This document shows, one piece after another, positions 1-7,596 of a DNA stretch of 64,000 bases. Each line of letters begins with the position of its first letter. Positions within the stretch are counted from its first letter, which is position 1. The stretch is from a virus. The translations under genes and the position numbers were made by a program. Under the pieces are notes generated by a model, which ran no database searches, was not told the origin of the DNA, and saw only the letters and a list, made by a program, of their open reading frames with translations. The stretch lies in IMG/VR virus record IMGVR_UViG_3300032267_001484. One strand, written 5' to 3'.

Positions 1-440
1 GCTCGTTCTTCGTTTTCACGGCCTATATAAAATGCTGTTCTGTGTTTATCTTCTGTTTTAACCTGGTTATAAATGCGAGGATATTTTTTAAAATATTCAT
101 TGTAACTCTCTGATATTACCTCTGTTTCTGCCTCATACATACCAGGATACGATTTGCTATCAATAAAATGTATATTTAATTTACAATAGTCTTGATATTC
201 ACAACCATAATATTCATCCTGTACTTTTTCAATCAATCTAACACATAACATCATTTTCTCAGCGTCGCGTTTAGCTGATAAATGATTGCCTCTTTTACCA
301 ATATATTTGGCTTGGTTTTTCAGTTTGAATTTAAGTATTTCAAATATATAATAATCATCCCAATCCTGATCCTTCCATATAACCGGAAACCAACGGTATA
401 AGTTGCGGATGCGTCTAAAGAATTGTTTCATTTTATACAT
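1..440 (-). CDS. hypothetical phage protein (runs off the window edge)
   Basis: Open frame from ATG at 440 (MYKMKQFFRRIRNLYRWFPVIWKDQDWDD...), directly after a promoter; not in ORF track. Confidence 0.8.
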   Translation of the reverse strand, partial: MYKMKQFFRRIRNLYRWFPVIWKDQDWDDYYIFEILKFKLKNQAKYIGKRGNHLSAKRDAEKMMLCVRLIEKVQDEYYGCEYQDYCKLNIHFIDSKSYPGMYEAETEVISESYNEYFKKYPRIYNQVKTEDKHRTAFYIGRENEER

Positions 441-444
441 AACT

Positions 445-476
445 TAAATATACGATCTTATTTTGCCTTAAACAAA
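445..476 (-). promoter_or_regulatory. Bacteroidota sigma-A-type promoter
   Basis: TTTG-N20-TATATTTA. Confidence 0.7.
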
Positions 477-620
477 AGTAATTGCTTTAAGTGCACTTAC
501 ACTAACATCACGTAGTGAATCACTACCAGTAAAATCAGCTATTATTAACAAAATATCAAAAAATAAAAGTAAAGATAAATAGCAAAGGAGAGATACGACT
601 AATGATTTTAGGATTTTCAT
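468..620 (-). CDS. small membrane protein (50 aa)
   Basis: MKILKSLVVSLLCYLSLLLFFDILLII..., abuts the upstream stop codon. Confidence 0.55.
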   Translation of the reverse strand: MKILKSLVVSLLCYLSLLLFFDILLIIADFTGSDSLRDVSVSALKAITFV

Positions 621-621
621 G

Positions 622-1038
622 TTATAGTTTTATTAGTACCCAAAGTATACTAAATGTTACAAACAATACAATATCTACTCTAGCTTGTTTTTGGATTTTA
701 TTTTCCCAATATAATTCTCTTTTAGCGTAATACTGCTTATTTAATTCTTCTATATTACCTGTATTACCTTGATTATTCTTTGCTACTTCACTTTGAAAAT
801 AATCTAAATAGGCTTTATTTAATTCTGCTAACCCTTGTTGTTCTCTAAGGCTATCTTTTAGTGTTAGTATTTTAGCTTCTCTATCAGTGTAGTAACTATT
901 AACCTGATTTGCTTGTTTAAGCGTCATTATTACTACAGAATCCTTACCTAATTTTTTGAGTATCGGATATTGGGAGTAGGATAAATTTGATACCAACATT
1001 AGTATCAGTAGCATAATCAAGTTTCTTAGATGTTTCAT
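622..1038 (-). CDS. exported/membrane coiled-coil protein
   Basis: N-terminal signal peptide, coiled coil, C-terminal TM helix. Confidence 0.65.
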   Translation of the reverse strand: MKHLRNLIMLLILMLVSNLSYSQYPILKKLGKDSVVIMTLKQANQVNSYYTDREAKILTLKDSLREQQGLAELNKAYLDYFQSEVAKNNQGNTGNIEELNKQYYAKRELYWENKIQKQARVDIVLFVTFSILWVLIKL

Positions 1039-1291
1039 TTAAGTCTACTTTTAATTCTTTAACATTAGTATTTAAATTTGTTATCCTAGTTTTAGTTTGA
1101 GCAACTATAGCTGTTGTTTTCTGAACTGCTCGCTTTTGTACCTCTTTAGTTTTGGTGATGTTGGATTTTGCTCGTTTTAAAAGAGCAGCGAAACGCTGCT
1201 CCTCTAATAATTCTTTACTCGGTTGTTGTCCTATACTATTTACTGTAAGGATTAAAAATATAACTAATATACCTTTTACTATTGATTTCAT
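944..1291 (-). CDS. signal-anchored coiled-coil protein (possibly spanin-like)
   Basis: N-terminal hydrophobic segment plus heptad-like region; overlaps neighbours. Confidence 0.6.
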   Translation of the reverse strand: MKSIVKGILVIFLILTVNSIGQQPSKELLEEQRFAALLKRAKSNITKTKEVQKRAVQKTTAIVAQTKTRITNLNTNVKELKVDLNETSKKLDYATDTNVGIKFILLPISDTQKIR

Positions 1292-1590
1292 TTTATTTCA
1301 CCTAATGATTCTAATGTTATAATTTTCATATTGGCTGATGACAAGGCACTATCAGTTACTCTTAATAGATCACTTAATACTTCAACTTTAGTTTCTAGTT
1401 TCTCTATTCTTTGTTCTTGCTTAATCGATTGTTCCTCAAATACACCTCGTATGTCTATATACAGATACCCAATAGCTATCAGTACTATAAACATAGTACC
1501 GACAACTGGGTTTTTAGAGAATTCTTTAAATGATATAGGAGGTTTTACATTTTCCGCTACTGCACTCGCTACTGATTTCCTAGGTGCCAT
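1288..1590 (-). CDS. single-TM coiled-coil membrane protein
   Basis: TM VVGTMFIVLIAIGYLYI followed by coiled coil. Confidence 0.65.
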   Translation of the reverse strand: MAPRKSVASAVAENVKPPISFKEFSKNPVVGTMFIVLIAIGYLYIDIRGVFEEQSIKQEQRIEKLETKVEVLSDLLRVTDSALSSANMKIITLESLGEIK

Positions 1591-1594
1591 TTTA

Positions 1595-1852
1595 TTATTG
1601 TATTCCTGGGTTGTTTAAGGTGTCAACTATAACTTGTGTAGCAACAGTATCAACTGCTTTAGTAGATTCACTAAATATCCCTTCTACGTAAGTAACAATA
1701 GAATTAACATCTAACATACTTTCAGAAATGTATCCTTTACTTACAGCAAACACACCTGCAGCTAGAGCTAATACAGAAATAATAATAATTACTGGTTTTT
1801 TTCCTTTAACTGCGTTAATTAAGGAATTGATTTTGTCCATTGGTAAGTTCAT
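1595..1852 (-). CDS. small membrane protein
   Basis: TM helix VIIIISVLALAAGVFAV. Confidence 0.6.
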   Translation of the reverse strand: MNLPMDKINSLINAVKGKKPVIIIISVLALAAGVFAVSKGYISESMLDVNSIVTYVEGIFSESTKAVDTVATQVIVDTLNNPGIQ

Positions 1853-1883
1853 ACTTTTAATTTTTAATAGTTTTTTATTTTAA

Positions 1884-2123
1884 TTATCCTTCTTCAGGTC
1901 CTTGATTCTTTTTATTGATAAATTTATCAACAGAGGATATACCAAAGCAACCCAATGTTAATACCATAAAGGCATTGAATATAAATTCTTGCACTACTAA
2001 TTCTCTACCTAAATAACCAGTAACAATATCGGCTGCAGCAAAGCCAATCATAATAAGGAATGCAATAAACCCAATGATAGATTTTTCATTAATATCATTG
2101 CTGTCTTTAAATAACTTCATCAT
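1884..2123 (-). CDS. two-TM membrane protein, holin-like
   Basis: Two TM helices, charged C-terminus; late motif upstream at ~2198. Confidence 0.55.
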   Translation of the reverse strand: MMKLFKDSNDINEKSIIGFIAFLIMIGFAAADIVTGYLGRELVVQEFIFNAFMVLTLGCFGISSVDKFINKKNQGPEEG

Positions 2124-2151
2124 AGTCTTTTAATTTTTAAATGGTTTAAAT

Positions 2152-2186
2152 AAAAAAAGGTTGCATACTTTTCAGCATACAACCTT
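2152..2186 (-). terminator. intrinsic terminator
   Basis: AAGGTTG...CAACCTT stem followed by a T-run on the minus strand. Confidence 0.6.
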
Positions 2187-2214
2187 GAATTACGGCCATA
2201 AATATGTGAAATAC

Positions 2215-2400
2215 TTATTTCACCTCAGTACCGTCTTGGATTCCTCCACCCACAACAACTGTATCAACTACAACAGCAGTATCTTGTGCAAGGATTGAAT
2301 CAACAATGAATGCTGAGTCACTAGCTACTGTAGATTCTTCTGATCCACTACAAGAAATCAAAGCCATAACCATGGCAATTGCGAAAATTGTCTTTTTCAT
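2215..2400 (-). CDS. small acidic lipoprotein
   Basis: MKK plus hydrophobic core plus lipobox LISC. Confidence 0.7.
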   Translation of the reverse strand: MKKTIFAIAMVMALISCSGSEESTVASDSAFIVDSILAQDTAVVVDTVVVGGGIQDGTEVK

Positions 2401-2422
2401 CTATATTTGGTTTAAAATTTAC

Positions 2423-2614
2423 TTATCCTTCTTCGTGCTCAATAATAACATCAACTGAATCTTTACCATCTATCATAATGGTATCAATTGTAGTTGTGTT
2501 TGAGTCAATTTTCAATGTATCACCTTTACTATTTGAGTAAATGTAAATATTGGTTGTTGACCCCCCACAGGAGACTAAGAATACAGAGGCAATAATAATA
2601 ACTAACTTTTTCAT
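2423..2614 (-). CDS. small acidic lipoprotein
   Basis: MKK plus hydrophobic core plus lipobox LVSC. Confidence 0.7.
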   Translation of the reverse strand: MKKLVIIIASVFLVSCGGSTTNIYIYSNSKGDTLKIDSNTTTIDTIMIDGKDSVDVIIEHEEG

Positions 2615-2627
2615 AATATATTTTGTT

Positions 2628-3017
2628 TGGTGGAGATAGTGGGATTCGAACCCACGTCTTCGAAAGCGACAATAATACTAACGTCTCACATGCTTAGATC
2701 TAAATTGCTTTTGATCAGTAAGGGCTGACCTTTATGGTCGTTTCCACCACTTGATTTTATGACTATCAAGAAAACTAATTCACAGTCCTTATTTAATGAG
2801 TCGATCGTGAATACTCAGTGGTTTTCTGTTCCTAGGTAACTCACACCCGGTGCGGATTAAGCTGCAAGAGCGTAATCGGCGCCTACGAAAGACATCAAGT
2901 CTTCGAAGGTCATAGTTGACATTTCGTCATTTATTGTTTAGTATCTTCTAAGGCGGTATACTCAAACGCCTGCATGTAGTATCATCTCAACATCCGAATC
3001 GATACCATGTTATCCCC
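2628..3017 (-). ncRNA. ssrA: tmRNA
   Basis: 5' GGGGATA / 3' TATCTCC-A-CCA acceptor stem with G3.U wobble; T-arm GTGGG-TTCGAAT-CCCAC; internal tag ORF (2857-2928) ending YALAA*. Confidence 0.95.
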
Positions 3018-3022
3018 ATATG

Positions 3023-3340
3023 TTAAAGAACTTCTTCCTTTTTCTTTCTAGATTTTTTATCTAGGATTTTTTTAATTTCAGCACACAATTCATATTCCTC
3101 AATCGCAATCAAATCATTCATACAATTCTTAAGTAATTCATTGTATTGTGATTTTTCAATACTAAATATTAGACTTGACATATCCTTAAATGTAATATCA
3201 AATATGTCAATTTGTGGTTTACTACGCTTTACAGCACTTATTACACACTTAGTCATTTTTAAGATTAATCCTGGATCTCGATCCTTCATTGCTTTAATGA
3301 ATTCTTGATTATCCTTAAATTGTAAATAATGACATGCCAT
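3023..3340 (-). CDS. protein with C-terminal UVR (UvrB/C)-like helix pair
   Basis: LIAIEEYELCAEIKK motif; paralogue-like to 6829..7128. Confidence 0.65.
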   Translation of the reverse strand: MACHYLQFKDNQEFIKAMKDRDPGLILKMTKCVISAVKRSKPQIDIFDITFKDMSSLIFSIEKSQYNELLKNCMNDLIAIEEYELCAEIKKILDKKSRKKKEEVL

Positions 3341-3350
3341 AATAATAAAT

Positions 3351-3662
3351 ATTAGTTACTGTCTTCGACCTATTTATTTGTTATTTGTTATTTGTTAATT
3401 TGTTTTCTAATTTATCTAAACGTGAATCCATTGAACGAGTAATGTCATCAGCACGATCTGCTATTTCTTTGTAAACATTACTTATTTCATGGCTAAAATA
3501 CCTTTCTGTAGTTTCTAAATATTCTTTTACTTTATTTACCTTAACAAAAGCGTAAACAGCAACTATTGTTGTAGCAATAACCACCACAAACGCTATCCCT
3601 AAAATGAATGATAGTGTTTCCATAATTTGTTTTTCCTTATATGTCAAAGAACAGTAACTAAT
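3351..3662. repeat. inverted repeat pair (3351-3369 / 3643-3662) enclosing one ORF
   Basis: mRNA arms ATTAGTTACTG-T-TCTTTGAC and GTCGAAGA-CAGTAACTAAT: 19 bp, one bulge, one G.U. Confidence 0.8.
3381..3623 (-). CDS. single-TM coiled-coil membrane protein (start reassigned to METLSF)
   Basis: ATG at 3623 after an A-rich leader; TM plus coiled coil. Confidence 0.7.
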   Translation of the reverse strand: METLSFILGIAFVVVIATTIVAVYAFVKVNKVKEYLETTERYFSHEISNVYKEIADRADDITRSMDSRLDKLENKLTNNK

Positions 3663-3663
3663 G

Positions 3664-3748
3664 TACCTGGAGCCGGACTCGAACCGGCACGGTCACTTCT
3701 GACCAACAGATTTTAAGTCTGTCGAGGCTGCCATTACTCCACCCAGGC
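3664..3748 (-). tRNA. tRNA-Leu(TAA)
   Basis: Cloverleaf; anticodon arm ACAGA-CTTAAAA-TCTGT, long variable arm, GTTCGAGT T-loop; CCA not encoded. Confidence 0.93.
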
Positions 3749-3754
3749 ATAATT

Positions 3755-4288
3755 TTAATACAACTTATCTAGTATAATAGATTCTACTACACTTTGTCTA
3801 CTAAATGCTTCTCGTTCCCATGGTCTCCTCTCATATTCTTCTTCCAAGATATAAACTTCACCTTGCCACTTTACTTCTTCATTTTCATATACTAATTCAC
3901 CTGATTCATACTGAAGGATATGAATTATTTCATGTGATAGAACTTCTATTGCTTCTGATTTATTAAGTGCTCCTACAAATAGATAGTATATTCCATTATG
4001 GAGTCTAATATGTGCTTTTAACTCACCATCAAATTGCTTTTTAGCAGCATCACTCATACCATTAATAACAACAGTTACTCCATTTAACCCAACACCATCC
4101 ATCCCTACTGCTAATATTGTATCATAGTAATGTATATTATCTAGTGAATTAACTATTGAATTTGTAGTTGGTAATTCTATTTGATTGAAATATTTTTCTT
4201 CACTATTACTAGTTACAGCTAAAATAGCTACAGTTACTAACCCTATTATTAGTAATGATATTCCTATTTTCTTAAAATCAAATTTCAT
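3755..4288 (-). CDS. membrane-anchored zincin-like (HEXXH) protein
   Basis: N-terminal TM; LSHEIIH and PWEREAF motifs. Confidence 0.7.
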   Translation of the reverse strand: MKFDFKKIGISLLIIGLVTVAILAVTSNSEEKYFNQIELPTTNSIVNSLDNIHYYDTILAVGMDGVGLNGVTVVINGMSDAAKKQFDGELKAHIRLHNGIYYLFVGALNKSEAIEVLSHEIIHILQYESGELVYENEEVKWQGEVYILEEEYERRPWEREAFSRQSVVESIILDKLY

Positions 4289-4444
4289 TATACAAATTTT
4301 ATTTGCAACTCTATTCTCCAGTGGAGTTGCTTTACACCGCTAACTGACGATTTAGAGGGGTAGTGTGCATTGTTAAGAGGCATCCCTGAGTTTTCGTTCC
4401 ACTGGCCTAGTGGCTGATAATTTAGGTGGCTCACTGTGTTCAGG

Positions 4445-4602
4445 CTGTCAAGGGAGGATTCGAACCTCCAAACTGCGATTCGATATTTGACAAAATAAGC
4501 CGGCTTTGTGGTCAACCCATATCTAAATACCTATTTCGTTTTTCAGCGCCCACGAGACGAGTGGGTGTGTTTGCCATGGATATACCCTTTCACCACTTGA
4601 CA
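4445..4602 (-). ncRNA. enlarged tRNA-like RNA (nominal anticodon GTC)
   Basis: Acceptor TGTCAAG/CTTGACA plus G; T-arm GGAGG-TTCGAAT-CCTCC; anticodon-like arm CCCAC-TCGTCTC-GTGGG; ~80-nt insertion in the variable region. Confidence 0.75.
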
Positions 4603-4603
4603 A

Positions 4604-4834
4604 TTAAAAGATTTTACTTTGTTGTCTGCGCTTAGCTTCTTCAGCTTCCTTTACTAAACGAATCCAAGTCAAACTAGCATCTACAACAGCAAGTACAGGA
4701 GCAAATGGAAGAATAAATAATGTTTCAAGACCTGGTGTAGGACCAATTGGGCTATTACCAAAATGGTGTTTGTAACTAACACTCATTCTCCAAATGCAAT
4801 ATACTATGCTTACTATGTAAATGTACCAAATCAT
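4604..4834 (-). CDS. small membrane protein
   Basis: Two hydrophobic segments; promoter directly upstream. Confidence 0.7.
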   Translation of the reverse strand: MIWYIYIVSIVYCIWRMSVSYKHHFGNSPIGPTPGLETLFILPFAPVLAVVDASLTWIRLVKEAEEAKRRQQSKIF

Positions 4835-4853
4835 ATTATTTATTTATATAACG

Positions 4854-4885
4854 TAAATATAATACTTTTCTTTGCTAAAACCAAA
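4854..4885 (-). promoter_or_regulatory. Bacteroidota sigma-A-type promoter
   Basis: TTTG-N20-TATATTTA. Confidence 0.7.
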
Positions 4886-4938
4886 TTTTCTTTAATATTT
4901 ATACTCGATCTATATTTTTTAATTAAAACCAATTTATC

Positions 4939-5109
4939 ATGAAAGATCAAGTATTAGGCCTTGTTAGACACGCACTTACATTTGTAGGTGGTATTATCAT
5001 TGCCAAAGGTTTAGTTGACGACGTATTGTTCCAAGAAATCGCTGGTGGTGTAATAACACTTGTAGGCGCTATCTGGTCTATAGCTTCTAAAAAGAAAGCA
5101 AACGTTTAA
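4939..5109 (+). CDS. putative two-TM holin (56 aa)
   Basis: MKDQVLGLVRHALTFVGGIIIAKG...GAIWSIASKKKANV; own AATATTTATA motif (4894-4903) and terminator; not in ORF track. Confidence 0.75.
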   Translation: MKDQVLGLVRHALTFVGGIIIAKGLVDDVLFQEIAGGVITLVGAIWSIASKKKANV

Positions 5110-5130
5110 TTTATTTCTATTTTATTTACT

Positions 5131-5158
5131 AGCCGGCTGAAAAGCCGGCTTTTTTTAT
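5131..5158 (+). terminator. intrinsic terminator (probably bidirectional)
   Basis: AGCCGGCT-GAAA-AGCCGGCT followed by a T-run, between convergent units. Confidence 0.8.
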
Positions 5159-5166
5159 TAAAAAAC

Positions 5167-5265
5167 AGGAAAGCAGAAGATGGGTGCGTGGACATCTACT
5201 TTTACGATTGGCGTTACTATCCGATCAGGTCAGGTATTACCCTGCAACCCTATCCCAATCAACCT
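5167..5265 (-). ncRNA. candidate structured ncRNA
   Basis: GC-rich intergenic segment; stems GATTGG/CCAATC, CAGG/CCTG, AAAGTAGA/TCTGCTTT, AGG/CCT. Confidence 0.5.
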
Positions 5266-5272
5266 TAAGTAA

Positions 5273-5479
5273 TTAATTAATTACCTCTGCTATAAGAGAC
5301 TCCGAAGCTGCTTTTACTTCAAACGCTTGTTCACCTTGATCGTTTAGATACTGAACCATTCTTGCTTCGGCTTCAGTAACTGATTGTGCATCTACTAGGT
5401 ATAATACGTTTTGTTTTTTTACTTTACCTTTATCGTCTTCTACTTTAAATTGAACTTTAACTTGGAAAAATTGTGCCAT
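5273..5479 (-). CDS. DUF4494-like protein
   Basis: YLVDAQSVTEAEAR motif typical of this Bacteroidota/phage family. Confidence 0.65.
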   Translation of the reverse strand: MAQFFQVKVQFKVEDDKGKVKKQNVLYLVDAQSVTEAEARMVQYLNDQGEQAFEVKAASESLIAEVIN

Positions 5480-5484
5480 AAACT

Positions 5485-5763
5485 TTATTTATTATAAACT
5501 GAATAATCATATAAGTATGATCTGTATTTAAGAAGTACCTTTGATAACTTACCTCTTAATTTCATATCATCATGTGATTCATCTTCCTGGCGTTGTGGTT
5601 TCATAGCCATAAAATAATCAATATCATCATTTGTTAATTTAACTTGATCAGCAAACACCATTGCTTTAGCAAAGTTAAATGAACCTCTCATTTGCATAAC
5701 TGCCATTTTTATTTCTTCAGGCAATTTAAACTCAGAAAATTGTTTAGCTAATTCGTAACGCAT
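5485..5763 (-). CDS. hypothetical protein
   Basis: ORF directly after a promoter. Confidence 0.65.
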   Translation of the reverse strand: MRYELAKQFSEFKLPEEIKMAVMQMRGSFNFAKAMVFADQVKLTNDDIDYFMAMKPQRQEDESHDDMKLRGKLSKVLLKYRSYLYDYSVYNK

Positions 5764-5782
5764 TTTTTAATTATTTATAGAT

Positions 5783-5814
5783 TAAATATACAAAAGTATT
5801 TTGCCCGAATCAAA
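5783..5814 (-). promoter_or_regulatory. Bacteroidota sigma-A-type promoter
   Basis: TTTG-N20-TATATTTA. Confidence 0.7.
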
Positions 5815-6409
5815 TAAGTCCTAAGGCTCTCATGTTTTCTAAATGATCTTCATCTAAATCCCATTCGTGTGTTACTGCTTTCGTTTGAACCACATCTTCA
5901 ACTTCTCTAACTTGGTCTGGGGTAAGTGGATCAGTAATAAGTAGAAAATAATCGTTGTAACAGAGTAACTCAAGATTATCAAGAAGATAATTATACTTAT
6001 TCCCATCCTTAAAATTTAATAGCAATGGTATTTTATAATCAGTTACTCTACGCTCACAGAAACCACAATGATAACATTCATCCTTTAAATAACCCTCAGC
6101 TATTAATCTTGACTTAATTTTTTCAACTGAAAATGATTCCCATCCTGTACCTGTTTCAACTATATTTTTAACATTAGGTTCTCGTCTTCGGTCAGGGAGG
6201 AATTTAGGTATTCCTTTTCCACTTTGGTTTTTATGTGTATCAAATAAAGTAGGTGAATTAGGGTCTAATTCGTCTACTCTAAATAGTTTAGCGTATGGTT
6301 TGTAATGTTGATATGAACATCCTAAGTAACGGGCAGCGGCACGATTTGATTTTGTGAAGCGCATTGCTCGCAGAATGTCTTCCTTACTAAGTGTTTTAGC
6401 TGCCGGCAT
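5810..6409 (-). CDS. HTH plus degenerate HNH-like domain protein
   Basis: SNRAAARYLGCSY HTH; CYHCG...DGNKYNYLLDNLELLCYN with the HNH histidines replaced. Confidence 0.65.
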   Translation of the reverse strand: MPAAKTLSKEDILRAMRFTKSNRAAARYLGCSYQHYKPYAKLFRVDELDPNSPTLFDTHKNQSGKGIPKFLPDRRREPNVKNIVETGTGWESFSVEKIKSRLIAEGYLKDECYHCGFCERRVTDYKIPLLLNFKDGNKYNYLLDNLELLCYNDYFLLITDPLTPDQVREVEDVVQTKAVTHEWDLDEDHLENMRALGLI

Positions 6410-6411
6410 AA

Positions 6412-6825
6412 CTATTTTACTTTTTTATTCTTATCTTTCATGTAGTTAACCAATTCCCATAAATCACTTGGTGATTCAAGTGGAATTGGATGTTCATCCT
6501 TATCTAATAACTGATTTACAGTTCCATCAGGATTCATTCTTTCATATATGTAGAAAAATATAACTTCAGATGCTTCTCTTCCAAAATGAAGAGCAAATAA
6601 TCTATCTATAACTTCATAGAATTTTTCCTCATAATCAAACATATCCATTTTAAACTCAGCATGAAGTAAAGTTGATCTAACTTGTACTTCTTCCATCGTT
6701 AAAATTATCTTTTCAAATGATTCTTTATTAATATCATTTTCAGTTTTTTTCTTACGCTTAAGCACTGTATCAGACCCAATTATACTTTCAATTGATGTCT
6801 TTATTCCTTGAGTATGCTCTTCCAT
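6412..6825 (-). CDS. hypothetical protein
   Basis: Tightly packed ORF. Confidence 0.7.
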   Translation of the reverse strand: MEEHTQGIKTSIESIIGSDTVLKRKKKTENDINKESFEKIILTMEEVQVRSTLLHAEFKMDMFDYEEKFYEVIDRLFALHFGREASEVIFFYIYERMNPDGTVNQLLDKDEHPIPLESPSDLWELVNYMKDKNKKVK

Positions 6826-6828
6826 AAC

Positions 6829-7128
6829 TTAAAGTTTGTTTATTAGATCTCTACATTCAATACACCTATCATATTCTTCCTTTTCAACATAATATTCAAG
6901 TGCTTTTTCTAAAGATATTTTCCACTGATCTTTTTTCAATTCAATATAATATTCTGAGTCGGCAACTGCAAATAGAGATATTGATTTTTTCTTTTTAGTT
7001 ATTCCTTCTTTAATTGCAAATACAGTCTCATCCAGAACAATCTGAACTACTTCTGGTACCTCAGTTAACATATCATATGAGGTTTCAGGTCCTAGGTTAA
7101 CTCTAAATGTGGGTATTTTGCGACGCAT
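6829..7128 (-). CDS. protein with C-terminal UVR-like motif
   Basis: YVEKEEYDRCIECRD. Confidence 0.65.
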   Translation of the reverse strand: MRRKIPTFRVNLGPETSYDMLTEVPEVVQIVLDETVFAIKEGITKKKKSISLFAVADSEYYIELKKDQWKISLEKALEYYVEKEEYDRCIECRDLINKL

Positions 7129-7130
7129 AA

Positions 7131-7574
7131 TTAAACAGGAGGATTAGCTTCGCCGCCTCCGCCTCCGCTAATCGCATTTTTAATGAATAATTTAAAATCA
7201 GCAATTGGAATTAAAAATCCAATTACATTTGAATACGGAACATCCGTGTCTTGACTTACTGTTAAATTATACTGCGATAATCCTTGTGTTAACTTGGATT
7301 GGAGTTTTTGGGTTAGTTGTGCTTTAGCATCACCTTCAATAGCTTGAGGTAATGTAAATTGTACCTTAATACCTTTTTTAGTTGGATTATGATTAACGTC
7401 TACTTTAAGTTTTGGATTTACTGGGGCTTCAGATATACGTTCATCTGGACCAAGTGGATCATTAGGGCCTTCTTGTGGCTCTAAATCAAATTCTTCAGCA
7501 CTTATATAATCACGGTCGCGATCTTCTTTTAAAAGACCAGCCAATGTTTTCATTCTTTTAATTTTACTATCCAT
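7131..7574 (-). CDS. hypothetical protein, possibly virion-internal
   Basis: N-terminal RMKTLAGLLKE; late motif upstream. Confidence 0.65.
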   Translation of the reverse strand: MDSKIKRMKTLAGLLKEDRDRDYISAEEFDLEPQEGPNDPLGPDERISEAPVNPKLKVDVNHNPTKKGIKVQFTLPQAIEGDAKAQLTQKLQSKLTQGLSQYNLTVSQDTDVPYSNVIGFLIPIADFKLFIKNAISGGGGGEANPPV

Positions 7575-7596
7575 TATTTATGTTTACGTATAAATA

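Noticed and set aside
4288-4635. ORFs 4288..4515(-) and 4426..4635(+)
   Set aside because: They overlap the tRNA-like RNA and structured region, which explain the sequence better
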